Both the position numbers and the translations under genes were made by a program. Shown in pieces: positions 14,880 through 28,878 of a DNA stretch of 64,000 bases. Numbering within the stretch: the stretch's first letter is position 1; each line of letters opens with the position of its first letter. This DNA is from Octopus vulgaris. Its lineage: Eukaryota. Where the stretch lies: positions 18,972,001 through 19,036,000 of the forward strand of contig OX597821.1 in NCBI GenBank assembly GCA_951406725.2, read 5' to 3'. Below the pieces are notes generated by a model that searched no databases, had not been told where the DNA came from, and worked only from the letters and a program-made list of their open reading frames with translations.

Positions 14880-15950
14880 TGTCATCACTATGCTCGCAAT
14901 CGCGCCCAAAACACCAGGTTTTACGCTCACTGACGATCTTTTCTGGAGATCGCACATTTTCAGTAGAAGGAAATTTGCATCACAAAACTAACCTTTTTAG
15001 CGTCAGCAAATACTTCACCTTTTACCCCATTCAACTAATTAACCCTTTCCAAAGTTCTTGTGGTACTCACAATAGTAGTTTTACTGCTCCTTCGTATCGT
15101 ATAGAAGTCCTACACCGCATTTGAAGAAAATCCACTCAGCGGATTTGTATGAAACTGCTCATTAACACAATCCAATCACTGGTTGATATAACTTGCTGTC
15201 TCCTCACTCTGCTTTTCCTACAGCAACAGCTTCTTCTCCTCGGATATGGCCCCTCTCATTTTACTTCTACTTAGGCGCTCTCGAGACACTCGTCTCTCAT
15301 CCTCCTTTTACCAACATTGTGTCAGATTCAGGGACCTCTCCTACATCGCTGCCCACCCATATCCGAAGTGACTTAATGCATGGCTGCAAGATCGAAAATT
15401 TTCGTTTGGTGAACTCATCTTTCGGCGTGTTGCTCTTCGTGGATTGAACGAAAGCAAGGCTTGTACGAGATCGCATGGGTGGCTGTCGACAAAAGAAGCT
15501 GTTCGCTTGCCGTGAGAAATCGTACGCGCTGCGAATTGGTGCCGATCAACGCAGTGTGCTTCTCTTCCGTGGTATTCAGTGGCTAATTGGTCAACATCAT
15601 CGCGGAGAGAGGCAGTTACTACACATCTCAGTTCTTTCTCCTCTACAGAAACTTGGGCTTCTGGAATTCTACTTCTGTAAACATTTTAAACCCTACAACC
15701 ATCTCCTTGTAACTAATCGAGACGAACTTTATCCATGTCGAATTGCTTCATTCCGGAGGCCGTGTGAAGGCTAATAAGCAGAGCCATTTGCTCCAGACCA
15801 AAAGAAGACAAGCACACACAAATGAATAAAGGATACTCTACACATATTTCGAAGTAGTTATGACACTGATTGTTATTTCTGATATTACTTCGTCGCCAGG
15901 ACTATAATTAACTTCAATCTTAGAGACTATGACAGCTTACCGTCAAACGA
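14880..15950 (+). mobile_element. Highly degraded LINE RT remnant (tentative)
   Basis: LQKLGLLEFYFCKHFKPYNHLL resembles the post-RT 'QKLGLL..R.YF...LL' segment of jockey/CR1-group ORF2; otherwise heavily decayed. Confidence 0.3.
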
Positions 15951-16224
15951 CTTGCACATTGATAACCATCTTACTTTCTTCTTTTCTTCTCCTTTTCGTC
16001 ATTTTTCTTTTCCTTTTTCTCTTCTTTTTCTCCTTTTTTACTTTTTTCTGCTGCTTTCTTCTTTTTCTCTTTTTCCCCTCTCCCCATTTCTCCCTTTTCC
16101 AGCATACGTAATTACAAACCCTTCTTCCCCACCTTCGCCACGGCCTAAAATTCCATCATTCGCGATGCTGGACAATTGAATTCTACACGTTTTTTTTTCA
16201 TTCTCTCCCTGTTTATTTCCTCTT

Positions 16225-16355
16225 ATTACTTTCCGTTGAAGAGCGTAGGCTCGAAACATAAAATACTTTTTCATTTTTCCCGAGCGTGAAACTAATACAA
16301 TTGTTTGTTGTTCATACACCTGTCTTCGTCTTTTGTTTTTCTATAAATTTCAGTT
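16225..16355 (+). mobile_element. PLE terminal-repeat remnant with degenerate minimal hammerhead core
   Basis: ttgaagagcgtaggctcgaaac approximates (C)UGANGA-stem II-GAAAC; the first core base and stems I/III are degenerate. Confidence 0.45.
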
Positions 16356-16976
16356 AGAAGAATAAGGCTGATAAAATTTATTATATTGATGATTTGATGT
16401 CGTTTAACATATTGAGATTCTGAAGATTTGATGGCGATGAAGCAAGGAATGAAACTATAATGAACAAATTCCAAGTATATGTCCATCTCTGACCTTTAGC
16501 TATAGATCTTTAGCTTGAAGATTTTCAGTTTTCTGTTCAATGTTTTGAAATTCTGTCATGTTTTCTGTGTAAGATTTTCATAAAATTGGGGGGAAAACGC
16601 AAAATATTTCTAAACAACACGAAAACTGGCAACGTTTCATATTCTTAAATCTACAACTTTAATAATTTTATTGTTTTGTTATTGTTTTGCTTTTGTTTCA
16701 AATTAATAAATTTTGATGGAATATCTAACGGAACATGTTAGCAATAATTGGACAGACTCCAATTCAATATCAGCAGCAACAACAAAAACAGCAACAGCAA
16801 CAATAATAATGATAATAATAACAATAATAAAAACTAATATTAATAAAGGCAAAAACAACTACTACACGCTCAACGATGACAAGTACTACAAAACAAAAGC
16901 AAAAACAAGAGCAACAAAATCTGAATAAATGTGGATTTTCTGAAACATCTCAGCATAAGGCTTGAAATTTCAATTA

Positions 16977-17032
<56 letters not shown>

Positions 17033-17431
17033 ACAACAACAATGGAAACTTCAATTATGTCGATGTTACTTTTCTTGTCGATATTAATAACTAGTAGTAA
17101 TAATAGTACTAATAATAGTGCTACTGGTGGTTAGTTGAAAACAATGCAAGGAAAAACTAATATAATGTATGAATGAAACAAAAGACTACAAATGGGAAGG
17201 GAAAGAAATACAAAACAGCAAAATAGCCACACTATTTACTACACCTACACATACACATACAAAGATATACATATATACACATATATATAAATACTGACAT
17301 ACGCACTTACATGCACTAATGCATACATTCGCCACGTACTGTATATTTACACACACATATACATACATACGTATATATACATACATACATACATGTATAT
17401 ATATATATATATACATATATACATACATACT

Positions 17432-17477
<46 letters not shown>

Positions 17478-17527
17478 CTTTATCTTATCTTTCAGTTGTT
17501 TCAGTTATATATATATACATGTATACA

Positions 17528-17621
<94 letters not shown>

Positions 17622-17964
17622 CTTTCTTTCTCTTATCTTTCAGTTGTTTCAGTTATTTGACTGCGGCTATGCAAGGGACAGCCTTGAAAAATTTATAGTT
17701 GAGTTCTGTTTTTTTTTAGTCTAGTAATTTTTCTATTGGTTATTTTGGCCGAACCGCTAAGTTACAAGGACGTAAACACACAAACATCGCCTATCAAACA
17801 GTAGTGGGGTGCTAGATTGGCAGAGGCGCACTGTCGGATACGGCAAAAACGGTTTCAGTGGAGCCGATGAACGGAACAGCGTACTCGTGAAATTAACGTG
17901 CAAGAAGCTGAACATTCCACAGTCACGCATACCTTTAATAAAGTCCTCAGGAAGATTTAGCATA

Positions 17965-18349
17965 GGGAAGCACTCCGTCGGTTACGACGATGAGGGTTCC
18001 GGTTGATCCGAATCAACGGAACAGCCTGCTCGTGAAATTAACGTGTAAGTGGCTGAGCACTCCACAGACACGTGCACCCTTAACGTAGTTCTCAGGGATA
18101 TTCAGCGTGACACAGAGAGTGACAAGGCCGGCCCCTTGAAATACAGGTACAACAGAAACAGGAAGTAAGAGTGAGAGAAAGTTGTGGGATCACAGCAGGG
18201 ATCACCACGACCCCCTGCCGGAGGCTCGTGGAGCTTTTTTTATGTGTTTTCGCTCAATAAACACTCACAACGCCCGATCTGGGAATCGAAACCGCGATCC
18301 TATGACCGCGAGTCCACTGCCCTAACCACTGGGCCATTGCACCTCCACT
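17965..18349 (-). mobile_element. tRNA-derived SINE nested in an older related SINE
   Basis: Same family as 14191-14572; 11-bp TSD gatttagcata at 17954-17964 and 18350-18360; the flanks (about 17860-18530) are a decayed related SINE. Confidence 0.85.
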
Positions 18350-18603
18350 GATTTAGCATAACAGAGAATGTGACAAGCTTGCCTTTTGAATCATAGATAC
18401 TACTCATTTTTGCTAGCTGAAGGTACTGGATTCACGTAAAAGAAGTGTCTTGCGCAAGGAGAAAACGCATCGCCGTGTACTGAAATCAGGACCATACAAT
18501 CGTAAGTCGAATTCCACTAAACACTAAGTCACTATTCAGCGACGGATAAACACAGAGTCAAAGACACGCATACACACACATAGATAGATAGAAGAGAGAT
18601 AGA

Positions 18604-18635
<32 letters not shown>

Positions 18636-19191
18636 GCAATAATAAGTCTCTGCACGAGATGTAAACAGTAACTGCTCGATAACGTAAAGTATACTAGCCA
18701 TCTCAATATGGCTAACCACTAAAGGTGGGTGTTACTGTAGCTTTTTAGCTACAGGAGATCATCGTCTCCAGCTGGCTTTAGACACACTTTCTGTGCTTTT
18801 ATGGTATTTGAAAAGGGAGGTCATCCCTCTCTCGTAAACCTAAGTGATACGCACGGACTGCAGTTTCTAGGTATTTGCCTGTCTTTGGCGTACGGCAATA
18901 ACCGGTTTTCGATGAAATGAGACCTGTTTGCAAATACTTATTTATTGTTTTTTCAGTAACTTCCGTCACTGATTTTGAAAAACTGTCTGCAAGCAATAAT
19001 AAATCTCTGAACGAGATGTAAACAGTAACTGCTCGACAACGTAAAGTATAATAGCCATCTCAATATGGCTAACCACTAAGGGTGGGTGTTACTGTAGCTT
19101 TATGCCCCAGGAGATCATCGTCTCCAGCTGGCTTTAGGCACACTTTCTGTGCCCTTATGGTATTTGCAAAGGGAGCTCATCCCTCTCTCGT
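18636..19191 (-). mobile_element. Tandem 3' fragments of an unclassified (TA)n-inserted retroelement: ORF C-terminus plus structured 3' UTR
   Basis: ~358-bp unit plus a ~197-bp second copy, with (TA)n on both sides. ORF 18799-18996 is open across the unique part and stops just before a hairpin-rich segment; homologous to 47401-47712. Confidence 0.6.
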
Positions 19192-19234
<43 letters not shown>

Positions 19235-19466
19235 TAGATCATCATCATCATCATCATTGTTCGACCGTGGTGGAGACTTTCATAGTCTTTTCATATGGCT
19301 AATAATGTGTGCGCGCGCCACTACTACACACATTGAAAAGCATTGTACAACCAAGTACTAAAGAAGATCTTTCCTCCTCCATGAAACAAAGCTGTTCCCG
19401 CTGGACGTCAACCCAGTATTTCTAAGCTACGGACCGAGTGATTTACTCTGTAAAGTGGCTGGCATG

Positions 19467-19570
19467 AAGGCGACGAGCTGGCAGAGTCGTTAGCACGCTG
19501 GGCGAAATGCGTAGCCGTATTTCGACTGCCGCTACGTTCTGAGTTCAAATTCCGCCGAGTTCAAATTCCG
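19467..19570 (+). mobile_element. Head of the Nin-domain SINE family
   Basis: aaggcgacgagctggcagagtcgttagcacg...gttctgagttcaaattccgccgag matches the copies at 33126 and 43527. Confidence 0.75.
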
Positions 19571-19609
19571 AACTCGGAACGTAAAGAACCGGAGTGCATG
19601 TATATATAT

Positions 19610-19656
<47 letters not shown>

Positions 19657-19762
19657 CGTATATATATGTGTATATGTGTATATATGCATATGTATGTATT
19701 TATCTATTTATCTATCTTTCCATCTATATATCCGTCCATCCATCCATCCATCCATCCATCTG

Positions 19763-19852
<90 letters not shown>

Positions 19853-20408
19853 AACTCTATCTATTTATCTGTCTGTCTGTAAATATGCATGTGTGTATTT
19901 TGTGTATTGTGTGTATATATCATATTTCTTATGATATATGATATATAGAATCGGAACAGAGTGGAAAACATCTTTTCTGACATTCTCAATTCTAATTACA
20001 CAGCAGTCATTTTGGCTTTCCTCTGTCTGGGATTGTTACTATAAATTATCTCTTCAGGGCAGTGCGTTGATAAAATTATTAAAACTTTGTCTCATTTGAT
20101 TCTACCAATTATATCCTGACTTCGCTTGTGATTACACGGGCGCTAAGCGCTATAAATCCTTATACTTGGAGAACATTGATGTCACGGAAAACATAGACTT
20201 GGTACACAGAGAGAAGTGGCCCGGCCTGCCATGAAAAAGAATCTTGACTAAGCCAGTGCCCTTCCACACACATGTATGAATATGTGTGCCAGTATATATG
20301 TATGTATGCATACATTTATGCATGTATGCATGCATGTATGTATGTATGTATGTATGTATGTATGTATGTATGTATGTATGTATGTATGTATGTATGTGTG
20401 TATGTATG

Positions 20409-20490
<82 letters not shown>

Positions 20491-20551
20491 GTATTTTACT
20501 CTTTTACTTGTTTCAGTCATTTGACTGCGGCCATACTGGAGCAACGCCTAT

Positions 20552-20746
20552 ATACATATAAAAGGGATGACCATTAAGAAAAGATTGTTCTGAAGAAAAT
20601 TCAGCAAACGCCAGAACATAAGCGAGCAAGAAAAATGGCGTTTGCTGAATTTTATTGAGAACTTTTTTTTCTTAGTGGTCAGACCATATGGGGTCTACCT
20701 CTAGCATAATGGGTGTCCACTTAGTAGTCACCCCTCTTATATGTAT
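20552..20746. repeat. Small fold-back (MITE-like) element
   Basis: Terminal inverted repeats atacatataaaagggatgaccattaag / cttagtagtcacccctcttatatgtat, plus an internal hairpin aaaattcagcaaacgcca / tggcgtttgctgaatttt. Confidence 0.65.
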
Positions 20747-20849
20747 GTAATATAATTTTTCTGAATTTTCAGATTTTTCAATGAGCTAGGCCACTGGTTT
20801 TACATTGATATTAATCAAATTAATATCCAATTTTTCACCCTTATTATTT

Positions 20850-22174
<1,325 letters not shown>

Positions 22175-22266
22175 ACTTAGATAAACTTAGATATGTTTCG
22201 AACAAAGATTGGTCCAGGCCATGTCTAACTTAATAGCACCACCTGATGGGATTATTCGAATCCTGT

Positions 22267-25231
22267 TTAAGTCAAGTTTTGTTCAAGTAGTGAGTTCTTG
22301 TTGGGTGAGTTGTATCCAATTATGGGTGGCTTATCTGGTATTCTTTGAAGGAATCTATCCAGACTCTGTTTAAAGTTGATGGGATCCTTTTCCTCTTTAA
22401 TCTCCCTCGGGGCAATGTTAAATAGGGCAGGGCCTGTTGAGGAAAAGAAATTATGTTGCAGTGTACATGTATGTTGTGATCTTGAATTGGGCAGGGGACG
22501 TATAGCCCGTGGTCCAAGTCTTGGATGAACCTTGAAGCTAATGTTTAGGTTGTTTGGGCAAAGTTGGCGGTATATTTTCCACATCGTACAAATGATGTAC
22601 CGCTCACGGCGACGCTGGAGGGAGTAAAGTTTCAAGGCTTTAAGGTGATCCCAATAATCGAGAGCAGCCATGCCTTCAATTTGTTTAGTGAGTGCCCTCT
22701 GGGGTGACTCAATTCTGGAGATGTTTTGTCTTGTGTGAGGAGACCACAGTGGGCAGCAGTATTCAAGGTGTGGCCGTACAAAGGAGGAAAAAAGTGGTAT
22801 GATGACACCTTGTTCTCTGGACCGGAAAGTTCTTAAGATCCAGGAACTCATCCTACGAGCTATATCGACCTTCTTGTTGATGTGTGCACTCCAACTGAGA
22901 TCGTCATCAACAATTACACCCAGGTCTCTGATATTGTTAGAGGCTGTGAGCGGTTCCCCTGAAGGAAGAGTGTATGGTTGTTTTAGTGAGGAATTTCTTC
23001 CAAAATGCATCAGCTCAAATTTTCCCTCGTTCAGTTGCATTTTGTTTCTGTCTGCCCATTGACTCACAGCATATAGATCAGACTGGAGTTGAGTTCGGTC
23101 TGCTTCTTCATTGACGATTTGCTGGAGCTTAGTGTCATCAGCAAATATTTTCACTTTGCAGTAATGTACGACACTGGAAAGGTCGTTTACGTAAATTATG
23201 AAGAGTAGCGGACCCAAAACAGTTCCCTGGGGAACACCGCTGGTGACTTTTGCTGGGTTTGAGTGGACTCCATCAACTACAACATGTTGTGTTCTATTCG
23301 CCAGGAAATACTTAATCCAGTGTAGAACTTTTCCACGGATTCCAACGTTTGCCAATTTTGAGAGTAGGATGTTATGGTCTACCCTGTCGAACGCTTTACT
23401 GAAGTCAAGATATATGACGTCAGAGTTCGAACCTGTTCCCAAGGCTTTGAGTACATCTTCAATGTGGTGTAAGAGCTGTGTTAGACAGTCCCTGCCACAG
23501 CGAAAGCCATGCTGATTTGCATTTAGGAGTTTGTGGGTCTCCAGGAAGTCAGCTATCCTTGATCTTAACACTCTTTCAAACACTTTAATGATGTGGGAGG
23601 TGAGTGAGATTGGGCGATAGTTGACTGCGAGGGGTCTGTTTCCCTGTTTGAAAACCGGGATGACCGACTGGGATAGAAACTGCGTCTAACGAATTTCTCC
23701 AGAGGTTGGTCAGAGGGACTGCAAGTTGGTATCTACATTCCTTCAGGAGACTAGCGGGAAATCTATCAGGGCCTACAGCAGAGTAATGTTTGACCTCATT
23801 TATTGCTGCTACGATGTCGGTGGCAGTGAAGGTTATGTCTGAGATTTTGTGTTGGGAGTCAACTTCGTTCGTTTCCCTTACGTCAATATCAGTGGGAACA
23901 CTAAAGACAGAGCAGTATTGTTTCTGCAGTATTTCTGCCATTTCTTTAGCATCGTGTTGGGGAATGCCGTTATCATCAATCAATGGCCCAATGGGTGAGA
24001 CAGTGGTTCTATGCTTATTTGCATAAGAATAGAACACTTTTGGGTTCTGTTTGATGTTTTTGATTACCCATTGTTCCTCCACAGCTCTTTGATTTTCAAT
24101 GGAGGTTTTCATGTTGGTCTGCAGATGAAGTTTTTCCAGCTCTAGACTTTTCATTGTTGTTGAATGTGGATGTTGTGTGTGGGAATATTTTAATTGGTTG
24201 ATTTTTTTGTTGAGTCTTTTGATGCGCCTGATGAGTGTTTTTTTCTTTTTAGGGAGCCGGTTTCTGTTTGTGTTAGTAGATTTCTTGGGAGCGTGTTTAG
24301 AGCATGTATAGGTGACAATGTTTTCAAAGTGCTGCCACGCGGTCTCAATATGAGAGGAATTGAGAGTAAAAGACCAGTCGATGGAAGACAGATCCTTTCT
24401 GATTGTTCCCCAGTCCGCTTTGTGGAAGTTTATGTTGTCAAATGGGTGCCATGGAGTGGGATTGGCTGGTTTGGTTTTTATATGTCGGGAATTAAGATTG
24501 CAGAGTACCATGTCGTGGTCTGAGAGGAGAGTTTTTTCGACTGAAATACTGTGAACGTAGCTAGAGTGATTGGTCAATACCAGATCCAAGATCGTTTTAT
24601 TCTGTCTCGTTGGTTCAAGCACTAGCTGAGTCAGGAAATACTCATCCATCAGATTAAAAAGCAGTTCTGCTGCTGCTCTATCTGATGTAGATCACTTGCC
24701 GAACTTCAGAGTATTTGTGGGCCAGTTCACATGAGGGAGGTTAAAATCACCCATCACTAGTATGTTTCCGGAGTGGTACTTCCGAAGGAAGGACTTGACT
24801 TTGCTAAGGCACTCTTCAAAGTACTTTAGAGGTGCCTGGGGAGGCCTGTAAAGACCAACAATGGTTATGTCCTTGGCTTTGTTGTATAGTGATACCGATT
24901 CACAGTAGCCATTGGAAAATATGTCCTTGGCATCAAGTGAAAAGGAGTCATGGATAAAGATGGCTGTCCCTCCCTTATTTCGGTCTGTGCGATCCGCACG
25001 AACAATGGTGAAATCTTTTATTTTCACCTCTGCGTCCATATGGGTGTCGTTCAGGTGAGTCTCGGTAAGGATAAAGAAAGGGAAGCAATGTGCCATTTCG
25101 GCAAGCCAACTCTCTATATATGGGATCTTCCATTTTTGGGCAATAATTGATGGGTTGATGCCACGTACATTTAACAGGAATGTCGAGGTAAGGGAAGTTG
25201 GTAATGGGTGAGTGGTCCTTGTGATTTGCAT
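22267..25231 (-). pseudogene. LINE ORF2: APE endonuclease plus reverse transcriptase, with one in-frame TGA and one frameshifting deletion
   Basis: APE motifs LLNVRGI, LTETHL, GGTAIFI, GLYRPP, MGDFNLP, EPTRQNKTILDLVLTN, SDH. RT motifs NQHGFR, LDFSKAFDRVDH, GVPQGTVLGPLLF, FADDTKL, LYSLQRRRERY. ORFs 24692-25231 and 23585-24649 share a frame (TGA at 24692-24694); frameshift near 23665. Confidence 0.92.
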
Positions 25232-26442
25232 AGATGGTTGGTGATAGCTCGCTGGATCTCCTGGCTTAGGTCGGCCTTCATATTTTCTATGTATGTCAGT
25301 AAAAAAGAGTTACTTGTTTGGTTTGCCACTTGGTCAGAGGATACATATTTCATGTTGGCGTTATTTGGTGTTTTTTCATGGTTCTGTCTACGTTGTTTGA
25401 TTGTAGGAGGGGAAACGTGGTTGTATTTTGTTCTTGTTGTTGTCTTGGATTTCCTCTGTTCCTGTTTATATTTATTCTGTGATCGTTTTGTGCCCTTCAG
25501 ATGGTGGTGGTTGCATTCTGGGTTCAAGCACATCCTTTGTGAGACAGAAGTTTGGCACAGTTTAGGATGGAATAAGGTGCATCCATTGCCTTTTATGCAT
25601 CCGTATTTAGGATCAGAACCATAGATTCTGTATTTAGGACAGTATTTGGGGTGGAGGTGGGGGCAATTTTTTCCTGTTATCCCGTATGGACAGGTGCCCA
25701 TAACAAGTCTACGACATAAGGTCGGATGGGAAAAAGCACAGCGTCCATTGTTGTTTGTGCCGCTGGGGCCAAATCTACAATTGCCTTTAGAATAGTAACG
25801 GCAGGGGGTTTTATTTGGTTGTAGTAGTGGTTTTTCTATTCTGGCAGTAGTAACAGTAGTGTTAGAAGCAGTTTGTTGATTTTATGATGGTGGGTTCTGG
25901 CTTGCCAGGATGTGGCCAAATCTGCAGCTGCCTTGAATGTAGTAATGGCAGATAGTTTTACGTGGATGTAGTAGTGATTTTCCTATTGTGGCAGTAGTAG
26001 TAGTGGAGAGTTGTTTTTGTTGTAGCAGCATTGGAACTTGACTAGTGGTAGTATTAGAGTGTTGTTGTTGTTGTTTTTGTTGCTGTAGCGAAGGTGAAAC
26101 TTGACTTGGTTCATCAGGTGCTGTTGTTAATGGAAGTAGGTCAGTTGATTGTTGCTGTTGAAGTGACCCCTGACCTGTTGGAATTTGGTCATTTGGTATA
26201 CTGGATTCGTTGGCAAGAATGGTTCTCAGTGTAGCCATGTGCGCGTGAAAAATAGGGAATATCCTAACAATTTCTTTTATTTTATTTTCTATCTGTTTTA
26301 CAGATCTGTGAAAGGATTTTTTCGTTAAAATCTCTGTTATTTTACTGTAAACATTAGCTTCGTTGTGATGGATGAACCAAGCGTTAATCATTGCAGTAAT
26401 TTCATTTTCAACCCAGCGGCGTTTTTGAAAATTATTGGCCAT
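25171..26442 (-). pseudogene. LINE ORF1 (~423 aa): Myb/SANT-like N-terminus, Gln/Thr-rich linker and tandem CCCH zinc fingers, with one premature TAA
   Basis: ORFs 25882-26511 and 25171-25701 share a frame and are separated only by TAA at 25882-25884. N-terminus RRWVENEITAMINAW...NVYSKITEIL...RSVKQIENKIK. Fingers: CRYYSKGNCRFG...CAFSH, CRRLVMGTCPYG...CPHLH, CPKY...GCIKGNGCTLFH, CQTS...CLNPECNHHH. Confidence 0.8.
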
Positions 26443-26864
26443 ATTCAGTGGGGTAGTGTTGTGTAATATATATATGTATGTATGTGTATGCGTGTATATG
26501 TATATGTACACCGTTTATTGATGGCTTGATGTAAAATAGTGAATACACCGTTGAAAAGTTTGTGTCGATATACTCGGTAAATAGTGAATACACGGAAATA
26601 CTCGGAAATTCGTGGCTTGTGTGTGTGAGAGTTCAGTGTAATTGGTACAATCTAATTAGTACAATCAGGATGAGCGGTGTGTTTAATACAGATCAAGAAA
26701 AAAGAATTGTACTCACGGGACTAGTTTTAGAACTAGTCTTGGGTTTAGTATTTAGTTTTGGGTTGTAATTCTTTCTTTCTTCAGGTTGTATATAGATTTG
26801 TATAAATTTATCCTCCGATGGTAGTAAAAGAGTAGTATAGTAGGATTGTAGAGTTCAAAAGTTT

Positions 26865-26910
<46 letters not shown>

Positions 26911-26912
<2 letters not shown>

Positions 26913-27216
26913 AGGCGCAATGGTCCCATCGTTAGGGCAGCTGACTCGCGGTCGTAGGATTGTGGTATCGATTCCCAGACCGGGAATTGTAAGTGTTTAT
27001 TGAGCGAAAACACCTAACCCTCCACGAGGCTCCGGCATGGGGTGGTGGTGAACTCTGCTGTACTCTTTCGCCACAACTTCCTCTCACTCTTTCTTCTGTT
27101 GGCCTGCTTGCTCAGCCAGTGGGGTGGCGTCATTCGAAGGCTAAAACAATGCGAAGCGCATTGTGATCAGCGATGTGTAGCAACATCTGACAGCCTGGTC
27201 GGTCACGGTGATCACG

Positions 27217-27220
<4 letters not shown>
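26911..27220 (+). mobile_element. tRNA-derived SINE with the same head as 14191-14572 but a different 3' tail, inserted in (TA)n
   Basis: Head ggaggcgcaatgg...cgattcccagaccggg; tail ends ggtcacggtgatcacggtga. Confidence 0.8.
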
Positions 27221-27284
<64 letters not shown>

Positions 27285-28699
27285 CTTTAAGATTAGTTTT
27301 ATATGTATATATTACTGTAAATAGTTTTGTATATTCGAATACGTATATAAAATGTTAATATATACATACTACTATATCCGTATGTATACTATTATAAAAA
27401 CTGTTTAAAAGCACGTATTTAATGGATGGAATATATAATTACTTACAATAATAAGTGCTTTACATTTTTTCTTAAAATAATCGATCGTACAAACATTTAT
27501 TGAAATGAAATTATGCAGTGAGCGACTGCGTCTTGCTTAATTTTCAATGGACAGTCGGTGTGATAAAAGATATTTGATAAGCAAGAGACTGGTAGGCATC
27601 AATAGTTGCAGTCACGCGCAAGTGTTTAGAAGGGATATCTCACATTTTCGAGTCCACCATTATTTAGTTGTTTTCTCTGTACTGTCATAATTATATCTCC
27701 GGAAGAAAAAAAATTTATATGAGGTGAAACATCAAGAAAAGTTAAAATGATGACAGCTATGGTTTACCGAAAAAAAGTAGAAATAAGGGTAGATGTGAAA
27801 GGCTAATATTATATAATAAAAATGAAGGAATAAATGAGACTACAGAGTTGACATGCAATAAGTCAAAGTAACAATCTCCTTCAGCAATTAGTTACCAATT
27901 AGTTTAGTTAGCCAAAGTTCAAAGCGAAAGAGAGTAATTGTCTTCAGGCAATGACTAGGAATAATCACGCAGAAGCTTCGTGTCCAGTAAAAATATTTCG
28001 TTTGGAGATGTTGAGAAAAATACTTAAATGTTCATAGAACAAAAAGAAATGGAAATTGAGTATGATACCTCAATTTTATTAAGAATCCAGATGCTTATAT
28101 GCACTGCGGAATTTATTTCTCAATTTAAGTCTTTTTTTGGAGATGCAAATATTGCAGCTTCTTTTACCGATTATTATTATTTGCTTGACACCAGGATCAC
28201 TCAATGTCAAAATAAGTATTGGGCTTTTAAGCGTCTTATGCAGTTTGATTCTAAGTAGTAGTGTTCTGTTTTTCCTCGTGCCTAAATTGTTATAATTCTT
28301 TTTTTATGATACCTATGTATTTTATGCTCTATCAGTTCAGTACTAGCATATATTATTTCGTATTGTATAGATTTGATATTACCTCATTGGTAACACCATA
28401 TTGATAAAATATGGTGTTACCAATCGTTATAACCCGATGCTGGCAACTAATAAAAATTTCGGGTCTGTGACGTTAGTTTCGAATGGCACTAGTCTTCGAA
28501 AATCTTAACTGTACCATTGACTTTTAAAATAAACCGTCCCCGTTTCGGGTCATTGAAACCCAGGATTTTAAAATTGTTGCTGAGATTGTTACTCCATAAT
28601 GACAGGTATAAATATAGTTATAACCAGGAAGCGTAACCGTATTCACATGTGAAGAGTGGATGTGAAAATATTTAGGATTTCAGTGAAAATCATTCACTG

Positions 28700-28878
28700 A
28701 TTTAAGAAACACACAAAAACCGTTCGATTCACTTCAACATTTAAATTTAATTTGTCAAAATATTTTCGTCGCTTTGAGACTGCGACCTGTTTACTGACAA
28801 AACTTCAGCACGAAAATATTTTGACAAATTAAATTTAAATGTTGAAGTGAAACTAACGGTTTTATGTGTTTCTTAAAT
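28700..28878. repeat. Inverted repeat with ~70-bp arms and a ~40-bp spacer, probably PLE-terminal derived
   Basis: Arms 28700-28769 and 28810-28878. The minus strand has gtcgc...gcgac-GAAA-atat-TT-tgaca hammerhead-like geometry with a non-canonical core. Confidence 0.65.

Noticed and set aside
24692-24694. In-frame TGA in LINE ORF2 as selenocysteine or readthrough
   Set aside because: It is not at a conserved Cys position and the element has other lesions, so a nonsense mutation is simpler.
28028-28258. 76-aa ATG-initiated ORF
   Set aside because: No motif; length is compatible with chance.
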